Assembly (NCBI GenBank): GCA_030390025.1
Contig: JASTWF010000335.1
Span: 124,001-188,000 of the forward strand
DNA length: 64,000 nucleotides
Source of the DNA: Squalus acanthias
Taxonomy: Eukaryota
Reading direction: 5' to 3'
The position numbers and the translations under genes are program-made. Below, in pieces: positions 45,459 to 55,244 of the stretch; the stretch's first letter is position 1, and every line of letters starts with the position of its first letter. The notes under the pieces are model-generated. The model worked only from the letters and a program-made list of their open reading frames with translations, did no database searches and was not told the origin of the DNA.

Positions 45459-45515
45459 TACATGATATCAGGATCCGTGACCATTCATCTAATATATTCC
45501 AGAGCTACCCTTCAT
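45459..45515 (+). CDS. MS4A/CD20-like gene A, 57-bp exon (end of TM2 plus intracellular loop): YMISGSVTIHLIYSRATLH
   Basis: Acceptor tctcattttgcAG and donor GTAAGT, phase 0/0. The peptide matches the MS4A [YF]IISGS motif, and 57 bp matches the recalled size of this exon (CD20 YIISGSLLAATEKNSRKCL). Confidence 0.8.
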
Positions 45516-45637
45516 GTAAGTATTTAACGTCGTGAGCATGGTCTCAGCTAAATGGATTGTAGAGGCTGAAGGGAAACATGGCATTGTACCTTGCTACCAA
45601 AACAGGGGTCGATGAATACCTCCAGCTTCCAGGAGTC

Positions 45638-47421
45638 AGCCATGGCTCAGTCAGAAACACACTCGCGTCTGAGTCAGAAGGTTGTGGGTTCAGGTTCCAC
45701 TCCAGAGACTTGAGCACAAAATATAGGCTGACACTCCCAGTACAGTACTGAGGAGACGCTGCACTGTCAGAGGGGCAGTACTGCGGGAGTGCCGCACTGT
45801 CGGAGGGTCAGTACTGAGGGAGCGCTGCACTGTCGGAGGGGCAGTACTGAGGGAGTGCCGCACTGTCGGAGGGGCAGTACTGAGGGAGCACTGCACTGTT
45901 GGAGGGGCAGTACTGAGGGAGAGCTGCACTGTCAGAGGGGCAGTACTGAGGGAGCGCTGTACTGTCGGAGGGGCAGTACTGAGGGAGTGCGGCACTGTCG
46001 GAGGGGCAGTACTGAGGGAGCACTGCACTGTTGGAGGGGCAGTACTGAGGGAGTGCAGCACTGTCGGAGGGTCTGTACTGAGGGGGCGCTGTACTGTCGG
46101 ATGCATGGGGTAGTCATGAGGGAGCGCTGCAACTGTCGAGGGCAGTACTGAGGGAGTGCCGCACTGTCGAGGGGGAGTACTGATGGAGCTCTGCACTGTG
46201 GAGGGGGCAGTACTGAGGGAGAGCTGCTCTCTGTCAGAGGGGCAGTACTGAGGGAGCGCTGTACTGTCGGAGGGGCAGTACTGAGGGAGTGCGGCACTGT
46301 CGGAGGGGCAGTACTGAGGGAGCACTGCACTGTTGGAGGGCAGTACTGGAGGGAGTGCAGCACTGTCGGAGGGTCTGTACTGAGGGGGCAGCTGTAACTG
46401 GTTTCGGATGGGCAGTACTGAGGAGCGCTGCACTGTCGACGGGCAGTACTGAGGGAGTGCTGCACTGTCGGAGGGGCAGTACTGAGGGAGTGCTGCACTG
46501 TCGGAGGGGCAGTGCTGAGGGAGTGCCGCACTGTCGGAGGGGCAGTACTGAGGGAGTGCTGCACTGTCGGAGGGCCAGTACTGAGTGAGCGCTGCACTGT
46601 CGGAGGGGCAGTACTGAGGGAGTGCTGCACTGTCGGAGGGGGCAGTACTGAGGGAGCACTGCACTGTTGGAGGGGCAGTACTGAGAGACCACTGCACTGT
46701 CAGAGGGGCAGTACTGAGGGAGCGCTGCACTGTCGGAGGGGCAGTACTGAGGGAGGGCTGCACTGTCGGAGGGGCAGTACTGAGGGAGCGCTGCAGTGTC
46801 GGAGGTGCAGTACTGAGGGAGGGCTGCACTGTCAGAGGGGCAGTACTGAGGGAGCGCTGCACTGTCGGAGGGACAGTACTGAGGGAGCGCCGCACTGTCG
46901 GAGGGACAGTACTGAGGGAGCGCCGCACTGTCGGAGGGACAATACTGAGGGAGCGCCGCACTGTCGGAGGGGCAGTACTGAGGGAGCTCTGCACTGTCGG
47001 AGGGGCAGTACTGAGGGAGCGCCGCACTGTCGGAGGGACAGTACTGAGGGAGCGCCGCACAGTCGGAGGGGCAGTACTGAGGGAGCGCCGCACTGTCGGA
47101 GGTGCCGTCTTTTGGATGAGTCTTTAAACCTCTCAGGTGGACGTAAAAGATCCCACGGCCACTATTTCGAAGAATAGCAGGGGGAGTGCTCCTCGGTGTC
47201 CTGGCCAATATTTATCCCTGAACCAACATCGCTTATAAAAAACCTTATTTGGTCATCTTCACAGTGCTGTTTGTGGGATCTTGCTGTCTGTAAATTTTCT
47301 GCTGCCTTTCCTACATTACAACAGTGAGCACATTTCAAAAGTACTTGTTTGGCTGTAAAGCGCTTTGGGACATCCTGAGGTTGTGAAAGGCGCTGTGCAG
47401 GTGCAAGTCTGTCTTTCTTTA
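45638..47421 (+). mobile_element. DeuSINE (SacSINE1-like, tRNA-derived head, L2-type tail) with an internally expanded minisatellite
   Basis: Head tggctcagtc...ggttcaggttcc (A/B-box-like). Deu-domain ggaggtgccgtcttttggatgag...aaagatccc...ggtgtcctggccaa. L2-type tail gtaaagcgctttggga...gaaaggcgct ending in (cttt)n. Confidence 0.85.
45743..47102 (+). repeat. 33-bp minisatellite CAGTACTGAGGGAGCGCTGCACTGTCGGAGGGG, ~41 copies, inside the SINE
   Basis: Unit read directly. It accounts for the 11-aa periodic ORFs (PQYCPSDSAAL and others) in the ORF track. Confidence 0.97.
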
Positions 47422-47878
47422 ATGTGGAGATGCCGGTGTTGGACTGGGGTGGACAAATGTGAGAAGTCGCACAACACCAGGTTATAGTCCAACAGCTTTA
47501 TTTGAAATCACAAGCTTTCGGAGCGCTGCTCCTTCGCTGGTTGAAGTGAAGAGATGCATATAGGCACAGCATATATAGTCAGAGAACACTGCCAGGTGAC
47601 TACAGTTAATCTTTCCAACTGCCCTTTATCACACCTCGGCAGAGAGATAATCACGGCAATCAAAGGTGTGGATGGTGTCCAAACAGGTCAGTCAGGAAAA
47701 CATTACATCAAAGACAAGAAAGATTAACTGTAGTCACCTGGCAGTGTTCTCTGACTATATATGCTGTGCCTATATGCATCTCGTCACTTCACCAGACGAA
47801 GGAGCAGCGCTCCGAAAGCTTGTGATTTCAAATAAAGCTGTTGGACTATAACCTGGTGTTGAGCGACTTCTCACATTT
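47422..47878. mobile_element. Non-autonomous Penelope-like (pLTR-derived) inverted-repeat element with degenerate hammerhead ribozyme cores
   Basis: ~160-bp inverted arms (47455-47615 and 47718-47878) around a ~100-bp spacer, with an unpaired left extension. Contains motif CAGACGA-A-GGAGC-AGC-GCTCC-GAAA. Flanked by the direct repeat ctttcttta (47413-47421 and 47879-47887). Confidence 0.75.
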
Positions 47879-48227
47879 CTTTCTTTAGGAAGCCTTCCAC
47901 CCAGGAGGTAAGGGAGACTTTTCAAACTTCAGTGTGTTATAAGCAATCCCCTCTCTCTCGCACTGAAAGTGAATTACTGTAAAGTTCTCTCCGCAGCTTG
48001 GGTTGATTCCCTTGCCTAAGAGTAGATAAGATGTTATCAGTGAAGAGAGGATATCTTTTCGTTCTGCCGCCTTCCCTGTTGTGCAGGAATGGGCCCAGTC
48101 CATCAGGAGTGAGAAAAGGCACAGGAGATGCTGTCCCATTAAAGGTCCTGATTGGGGGTTAGTTGCCCACCTTTAAACAGGATGTGTTGATATTAACTTT
48201 GCTGTGGATGCCACACACTCCTTGCCT

Positions 48228-48386
48228 CTGGAGTTTCGAAGAATGAGAGGTGATCTCATTGAAACATATAACATTCTTAAGGGTAGATGCTGGGGTGATG
48301 TTTCCCTTGGCTGGAGAGTCTCGAACTCGGGGTCACTGTCTCTGATCATTCAGGGTTCGGCCATTTAGGACTGATATGAGGAGACA
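48228..48386 (+). mobile_element. Short degraded CR1 LINE ORF2 3' fragment
   Basis: tggagtttcgaagaatgagaggtgatctcattgaaac...ccatttaggactga, the LEFRRMRGDLIETY motif. Confidence 0.85.
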
Positions 48387-48477
48387 TTTAAGAACAAAAA
48401 TCGACTTCCTCCTCCAGGCTGGATTGTAAAACATTGGCGTCCTGTTTGCTGAGTAATCCTTCTTGTGCTGTTTTCAG

Positions 48478-48591
48478 AGACAGATCATACTCAGCCTGCA
48501 CGTCCTCAGTGCGTTTTTTGCAGCAGTGGGCTGTGTGTTGTTTAACCTCTCGCTCTTCGTCTTGCCAACAACTCCGTTCAACTTTTTTATG
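48478..48591 (+). CDS. MS4A-like gene A, TM3 exon: RQIILSLHVLSAFFAAVGCVLFNLSLFVLPTTPFNFFM
   Basis: Acceptor ttcttgtgctgttttcAG and donor ATG|GTAAGT. 114 bp, phase 0/0, open. Hydrophobic helix resembling the MS4A TM3 pattern L-x-[IV]-x-S-A-x-x-A-x-x-G. Confidence 0.8.
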
Positions 48592-48692
48592 GTAAGTTCT
48601 TCCTGTACTGTTGCAGGTTTGACAGACTAACAGTGGCAAACTTCTCAACGAATATATTCCATTGAGAAATAAAAAATCCACGGGGAAAGTGA

Positions 48693-50990
48693 TCCATCCG
48701 TGTCTAACTAAAGAAATTAAGGATATTAGATTAAAAAGAGAGGCTTATAATGTTGGGAAGAAGTAAGCCTGAGGATTGGGAGAGCTTTAGAAACCGGCAA
48801 AGGATGACCAAAAAATTGATAAAGAGGGAGAAAATACAATGAGAGTAAATTTGCAAGAAATATAAAAACAGATTGTAAGAGCTTCTACAAGTATGTAAAA
48901 AGGAAGAGTAGCAGCAAAAGTAAGCGTTGGTCCCTTAGAGGCTGAGACAGGTGAAATTATAATGGGGAATAAGGAAATGGTAGAGACTTTAAACAAATAT
49001 TTTGTATCTGTCTTCACAGAAGAAGACACAAAAAGCATACCAAAAATAACGGGGAACTAAGGGGCTATTAAGAGTGAGGAACTTGCGAAATTAATGGGAC
49101 TAAAAGCCGACAAATCCCCTGGACCTGATGGCCTACATCCTAGGGTTCTAAAAGAGGTGGCTGCAGAGATAGTGGATGCATTGGTTGTGATCTTCCAAAA
49201 TTCCCTAGATTCTGGAATGGTCCCAGCGGATTGGAAGGTACCAAATGTAACCCCACTATTCAAAAAAGGAGGGAGAGAGAAAACGGGGAATTACAGGCCA
49301 GTTCGCCTGACATCAGTCATCAGGGAAATGCTGGAATCCATTATTAAGGAAGTGGTAACAGGGCACTTAGAAAATCATACTATGATTAGGCAGAGTCAAC
49401 ATGGTTTTATGAAAGGGAAATGGTGTTTGACAAATTTATTGTTATGCAAGATTAGGGCTCATGGGATTGGGGGTAATATATTAGCATGGATAGAGGATTA
49501 GTTAAAGGACAGAAAACAGAGAGTAGGGATAAACAGGTCATTTTCAGGTTGGCAGGCTGTAATTAGTGGGGTGCCACAAGGATCAGTGTTGGGGCCTCTG
49601 CTATTTACAATCTATATTAATGACCGAGATGAAGGGGCCGAGTGTAATGTATCCAAGTTCGCAGACGAAGATAGGTGGGAAAGTAAGCTATGAGGAGAAC
49701 ACAAAGAGTCTGCAAAGGGATATAGACAGGTTAAGTGAGTGGGCAATAAGGTGGCAGATGGAGTATAATAGAAACATAGAATCTAGGAGCAGGAGTAGGC
49801 CATTCGGCCCGTCGAGCCTGCTCCACCATTCAATACGATCATGGCTGATCATTCAAATCCAGTATCCTGTCCCTGCTTTAATCCCCACAGTACACATATC
49901 CCACCCTACCCCCTGTAACCCCACGTATTTAATTCCCCCTAACATATCCCATCCTATCCCCATAACCCCACATATTTAATCCCCCCCTAACACTAAGGGT
50001 CAATTTATCATAGCCAAATCAACCTAACCCGTACATTTTTGGACTGTGGGAGGAAACCGGAGCACCCGGAGGAAACCCACGCAGACACTGGGAGAATGTG
50101 CAAACTCCACACAGACAGTCACCCGAGGTCAGATTCGAACCCGGGTCCCTGGCGCTGTGAGGCACCAGTGCTAACCACTATGCCACTGTGGGAAATGTGA
50201 AGTTATTCACTTTGGTAGAGAATAGGAAAACAGAATATTTTTTACATGTTGAGAAACTATTCAATGTTGGTGTTCAGAGAGATTTGGGTGTCCCAGTACA
50301 AGAAACACAGAGTTAGCATGCAGGTACAGCAAGCAATTAGGAAGGCAAATGGCATGTTGGCCTTTATTGCAAGGGGGTTGGAGTATAAGAGTAAGGAAGT
50401 TTTGCTACAATTGTACAGGGCCTTGGTGAGACTACACCTGGAGTATTGTGCACAGTTTTGGTCTCCTTATCTAAGGAAGGATATACTTGCCTTAGAGGTG
50501 GTGCAACGAAGGTTCACCAGATTGATTCCTGGGATGAGAGGTTTGTCCTATGAGGAGAGTTTGAGTAGATTGGGTCTATACTCTCTGGAGTTTAGAAGAA
50601 TGAGAGGTGATCTCATTGAAACATACAAGATTCTGAGGGGGATTGACAGGGTAGATGCTGAGAGGATGTTTCCCCTAGTGGGGGTACCTAGAACTAGGGG
50701 GCATAGTCTCAGATAAGGGGCTCGGCCATTTAGGACTGAGATGAGGAGGAATTTCTTCACTCAGAGGGTGGTGAATCTTTGGAATTCTCTGCCCCAGAGG
50801 GCTGTGGAGGCTCAGTCGTTGAGTATATCCAAGGCTGAGATCGATAGATTTTTGGACTCTAAGAGAATCAAGGGATATGGAGATCGGGCGGGAAAGTGGA
50901 GTTGAGGTAGAAGATCAGCCATGATCTTATTGAATGATGGAGCAGGCTCGAGGGGCCGAATGGCCGACTCCTGCTGTTAATTCTTATGTA
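48693..50990 (+). mobile_element. 5'-truncated, internally deleted CR1 LINE (ORF2 RT region plus 3' UTR), interrupted by a SINE at 49769-50190
   Basis: Motifs KSPGPDGLHPRVLKE, NYRPV, QHGF, GVPQGSVLGP, KFAD (frameshifted) and LEYCAQFWSP. Multiple stops and frameshifts. 3' UTR ends ttcttatg. Confidence 0.95.
49769..50190 (-). mobile_element. HE1-like V-SINE with an internal ~45-bp duplication and a CR1-LINE-type 3' tail
   Basis: Minus strand shows tRNA head tggcatagtggttagcac...ggttcgaatc and V-domain gtgtggagtttgcacattctccc...gggtttcctccgggtgctccgg. Tail matches the LINE 3' UTR at 58175-58283. The insertion splits LINE codons QMEYN|VG. Confidence 0.88.
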
Positions 50991-51219
50991 CTAACGGTGA
51001 AGATCACTTGCTGTATTGGTGTGTGTGTTTGGAAGAAAAGCTTTAATTTGGTAAGACCATCGATCCAGTGAAGATTAAAATACTGAAAATGCTGCAAAGT
51101 TTGGTGGGTCTGCCCTGGATGATGTGGACTGAACCTTTCTGGCCAGGTCTGTTAAAGAACGCTGAGCTCCAGTCTACCTGGAGTAGAAGTTGAACCATGT
51201 CATCTCTTGTCCCACGCAG

Positions 51220-51333
51220 GCATCACCACTGATCACGTCAGCATTCCTGATGATCTTCTCTGCGTTGGAGTTCGTCATCGCACTTTTAATTTGTTATCTT
51301 TACATGAAGCTCTTACGATCAAAGAAATGGTAA
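51220..51333 (+). CDS. MS4A-like gene A, TM4 exon: ASPLITSAFLMIFSALEFVIALLICYLYMKLLRSKKW*
   Basis: Acceptor tctcttgtcccacgcAG, phase 0, in frame with the previous exon. Contains the MS4A TM4 LEF.IA motif followed by a basic stop-transfer segment. Ends at in-frame TAA (51331-51333), which overlaps a donor TG|GTAAGA at 51329/51330. Confidence 0.8.
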   Translation, partial: ASPLITSAFLMIFSALEFVIALLICYLYMKLLRSKKW

Positions 51334-51361
51334 GAACACAAAAGGGGCACCACGCTTTAGG

Positions 51362-51565
51362 AGGGATGTCAAGTCCTCGGAGAGGGTGCAGAGGAGCTTG
51401 ACCAGAATGGTACCAGGGGATGAGTGACTTCAGTTACATAGAGAGACTTAGAGAAACTGGGATTGTTCTCCTTAGAGCAGAGAAGATTAAGGGGAGATTG
51501 ACCAGAACGGTACCAGGGATGAGGGACTTCAGTTATGTGGAGAAGCTGGGATTGTTCTCCTTAGA
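51362..51565 (+). mobile_element. CR1 LINE fragment with a tandemly duplicated ~70-bp segment
   Basis: ttgaccagaa...ggtaccaggg...gacttcagtta...gggattgttctccttaga occurs twice. Confidence 0.8.
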
Positions 51566-51639
51566 AACTCCCAAACCCCCCTCCCTCCCTTCGCCCCAGT
51601 ATTGGAAACTTAAACGTTTAGCCGCCTCAGTCCCACTGT

Positions 51640-51815
51640 GTGCAACGCCCTCCCCTAAACCCCTCCACTTCACTCTCCCTTTAAAAAAAACTCTCAAAAC
51701 CCACCTTTTCAATCCAGCATTCGGCCACTCCTCCCCCAGACTCAGCGCCCATTCTCCTCACTCCTCTCTGCTTGTAAAGTGCCGAGAGATTTCTTTTGGA
51801 CATGAAAGGTGCTTT
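51640..51815 (+). mobile_element. Degraded L2-type LINE 3' end
   Basis: ctcccctaaacccctcc...ctcaaaacccaccttttc (LKTHLF motif), followed by gtaaagtgcc...tgaaaggtgct tail. Confidence 0.6.
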
Positions 51816-52124
51816 CTCCGCGCGCTCCAGACTGCCTCCCGTGTGTAAGACAGTGTCCCAGCCCGCCGAGGCTCCAGCTCTTGCCCTGGGTGTGTGCTGA
51901 GCCCGCTGGGTGGCAGGAGTGGGCGGCTGCTGCAATCGGCTCTCGCCAGTCCCCAGGCTTCGTGGCTCCTGTCAAAACTGGACGTGGGCTGAGGGCAGCG
52001 GCCAGCCAAGTCTGGAGGCTCGCCTTCCAACTGTGGGCAGCAGAGTATGACTACACACACCGTGGAATTATGTCCCAGCCTGGATTCAGCAGCCGCCAGG
52101 AGAAGGAAGGGGGAGAATTGCATA

Positions 52125-52430
52125 CACGGTGGCATAGTGGTTAGCACTGTTGCCTCACAGCGCCAGGGACCCGGGTCGAATCCGGCCTCGGGTGACTGTC
52201 TGTGTGGAGTTTGCACATTCTCCTCGTGTCTGCGTGGGTTTCCTCCGGGTGCTCCGGTTTCCTCCCACAGTCCAAAGATATGCGGGTTAGGTTGATTTGG
52301 CTATGATAAATTGACCCTTAGAGTTAGGGGGGATTAAATACGTGGGGTTACGGGGATAGGGTGAGATATGTGTCGGTGCAGGCTCGATGGGCCGAAATGG
52401 CCTCTATCTGCACTGTGGGGATTCTGTGTG
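52125..52430 (+). mobile_element. HE1-like V-SINE, full length
   Basis: A box tggcatagtgg, B box gggtcgaatcc, V-domain, and CR1-derived tail ggctcgatgggccgaaatggcc...attctgtg. Confidence 0.9.
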
Positions 52431-52431
52431 A

Positions 52432-53795
52432 TAAAGAGGACATATTGAGAGAGTGGTTAACAAAGAATATGAGATCTTGGGCTTCATAGAGGTATCGGGC
52501 TGGATTTTCAATGACCCGTGGAGTCGGGTTTGGAGGCGTGTGGGGGATTAAAGTTGCAGGTTCGGGGGTCCCGACCCCATCCCGCCTCCACGCAATTTTG
52601 ATAAAATCGTGTGCGGTGTTCCCGACTCCAAGAGGCGGGAGAGGCCATTAAAGCCCTTAACGAGCCCTAAATTGGCTCTGTAATGCCATTTTGAAACGTT
52701 TTAGCTAGTTTAACCCTTTTCCCACGTGAAGCACGCCTGATGTGAAACCTGGCGGGAGCACAAGTGGATAGCTGACTATCAGCTGCAGGTCCACTATTAC
52801 AACGGAGATGTGATGAAGGTAGTAGTAGTATTAGGTCTGAAAGTCGCCTCTGATGCTGCTGCATTGAAGTTCTTCAGAGACTGCCTGGCCTTTGCTGTGA
52901 GAGGACCTGGAAGCAAAAAAAAAATTTCTCTCTCTCTCTCTCTCTATGAGATGCTGCTCATTTTGCATCCAGGTCCTCTCACAGCAAAGGCCAGGCAATC
53001 TCTGAGACCAGGCAGTCTCTGACCTGCAATGATGACATCATCAGAGGTGACTTTCAGACCGAAACCACTAATTGGGTCATGGGTTCCCACATGCTGGAAC
53101 TCAATTGCCCAATTAGGTGAAATTTGCATCAATCTCCCACATCCAATTGCAGGCGGGTGGATAACACGACCCCAACCCGCCCCAGTATCAAAATCCAGCC
53201 CATTGAGTACAAAAGTAGAGAAGTTATGCTGAACCTTTATAAAGCACTGGTTAGCTAACAACTGGAGTATTGAGTTCAGTTCTGTTCACCACACTTTAGG
53301 AAGGATGTGAAGGCCCTTGAGAGGGTGGAGAGGAGATTTACCAGAATGGTTCCGGGGATGGGGGATCTTAGCCACAAGGACAGGTTGGAGAAGCTGGATT
53401 TGTTTTCATTGGAGCAAAGGAGGTTGAGGGGTGATTTGATAGAGGTGTACAAGATTATGACGGGTTTGGATAGGCTAGACGGGGAAAGGCTGTTCCCACT
53501 AGTTGACGGTACAAGGACTAGGGGGACACAGATTGAAGGTTTTGGGCAAGAGATACAGGGGGGAAAGTGAGGAAAAACTTTTTTACGCAGCGAGTGGTGA
53601 GGACCTGGAACTCGCTGCCGACGGAAGTGGTGGAAGCGGAGACACTCAATGTTTTCAAGGGGAGACAGGATGGGCACTTGAGGGAAATAAACTTGCAGGG
53701 CTACGGGGATAGAGCGGGGGGATGGGACTGACTGGATTGCTCTACAGAGAGCCGGCATGGACTCGATGGGCCGAATGGCCTCCTTCTCTGACTCT
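52432..53795 (+). mobile_element. Older CR1 LINE 3' fragment interrupted by a MITE at 52497-53201
   Basis: LGFI.RG|IEYKSREVMLNLYKALV reads across the insertion. Continues ALERVERRFTRMVPG and ends with 3' UTR ggactcgatgggccgaatggcctcc. Confidence 0.85.
52497..53201. mobile_element. Non-autonomous DNA transposon (MITE, PIF/Harbinger-like termini)
   Basis: Terminal inverted repeats GGGCTGGATTTT...AAAATCCAGCCC. Flanks atc/att are a possible decayed 3-bp TSD. Cleanly interrupts a LINE. Confidence 0.75.
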
Positions 53796-54352
53796 AAACC
53801 ATTTGTATTTTCAATGCTTCCACAGAAGGTGCTTTCCAAGCAAAGGCCGCGCTTCGAAGATCAGACCCGGAGAAGCCGTTTCTCGCACGGTTAATGGAGC
53901 ACGGCACACGCAACAGAACCTGACCCAAAAAGAAAGCGCCACCACTTTGATGATTTGAGCTGGAGCGCGACAGCAGCGCCTGTCTCTCTGCAAGATCCTC
54001 CTTACTGGCAGTTTGCCTGCAGCAGCAGACTGAGACCCCCTTTGGCCAGAGTTCCGTGTTTGAGCCGAGCCTGTTGAATGGGTGAGAGGCGCAGGCTCGG
54101 GGCTGGCAGCACTCGGTCAGGGAGCTCCTCCTGCACTCCCAGAAGGCAAGGACGCTCGCTCTTTCCCAACTGGACGGGGCAGAGAAAATAACAACTCCCA
54201 CTCGCACAAACGCAGACTGTTTCTGGAGAATCGGTAATGACAGCGCTTTCCTTTTTGTGAACAACTTTGTTTTAATTGAATTAAACAAAAGAACAAACAT
54301 TGTTTCGGTTACAAACACCAGGAGTGCAGCCTCCTCCTGATCAGAAGAAATT

Positions 54353-54384
54353 TCAGCAAATCCAGCGTAACATCAGTTTTATAG
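54353..54384 (-). CDS. Candidate terminal exon of gene B, option 2 (phase 1: AIKLMLRWIC*)
   Basis: Strong minus-strand acceptor (gtgtgtcctg, T-run, aaAG), with an ATTAAA polyA signal ~80 nt past the stop (~54271-54276). No homology support. Confidence 0.3.
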
Positions 54385-54544
54385 CTTTAAAAAAAAACAG
54401 GACACACCAACCGATTCTCATCGATACAAAGCAAGGGGATAGTCCCTTCTGCACCAGCACACCCGGTCTCCACTTGTTCCCTTCAACCCTCCTGACTCCT
54501 CAGTAACCTTCGCTATCCCTCCGCGGGGCCTCTAATACCCAATA

Positions 54545-55050
54545 AATACCCCTTCATCTGGAGTTCTGGACACCACACTGTAGGAAGGATGTCCAGGCCT
54601 TGGAGAGGGTGCAGAGGAGATTGACCAGAATGGTACCAGGGGATGAGGGACTTCAGTTATGTGGAGAGACTGGAGAAGCTGGGATTGTTCTCCTTAGAGC
54701 AGAGAAGGTTGAGGGGAGATTTAATAACGGTGTTCAAAATCATGAGGGGTTCTAATAGATTAGATAGGGGGAAACCAGAGGACACAGATTTAAGACAATT
54801 GGCAAAAGAACATGGGGGAGATGAGGAGAAATGTTTTTACGGGGCGAGTTGTTGTGATCTGGAACGCGCTGCCTGAAAGGGTGGTGGAAGCAGATTCAAC
54901 AGTAATTTTCAAAAGGGAAATTGGATAAATACTTGAAGGGGAAAAATTAACAGCGCTATGGGGAAAGGGACTAATTGGGGCGCTCTTTCAAAGAGCCGGC
55001 ACAGGCACGATGGGCCGAATGGGCTGATTCTGTGCTGTATCGTTCTACGA
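54545..55050 (+). mobile_element. Degraded CR1 LINE 3' fragment
   Basis: MRDFSYVERLEKLGLFSLEQRRLRGDL followed by a CR1 3' UTR. Confidence 0.85.
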
Positions 55051-55244
55051 TCACAGAGGGTGATGTCAGCCTGCGGAACCACAACAGGATCACACAGTCG
55101 CTTCCAGGCTCAGTCTGACAGCAGGGGAGTGTTTGGAAATAATTCGAGGCAGTGCAGAATGACACGAAACCACCCTCCGAATCAGCCACGGGTCACTCGC
55201 AGTAACTCCCGATTCCTCCTGACCAGATTTACAACGGGCGCCCA

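Noticed and set aside
45690..47208. Long mucin-like or Cys-rich repeat proteins (467 aa, 324 aa and others, likewise 61528-63319)
   Set aside because: Open in several frames on both strands simply because the 33-bp unit lacks stops. They lie within SINEs.
52125..52200. tRNA gene
   Set aside because: The A/B boxes belong to the tRNA-derived head of a V-SINE and continue into SINE body sequence.
53794..54318. 174-aa minus-strand ORF and other GC-rich ORFs at 51.7-52.2 kb and 58.3-58.9 kb
   Set aside because: No recognisable domain or coherent exon structure apart from the TM4 exon already called.
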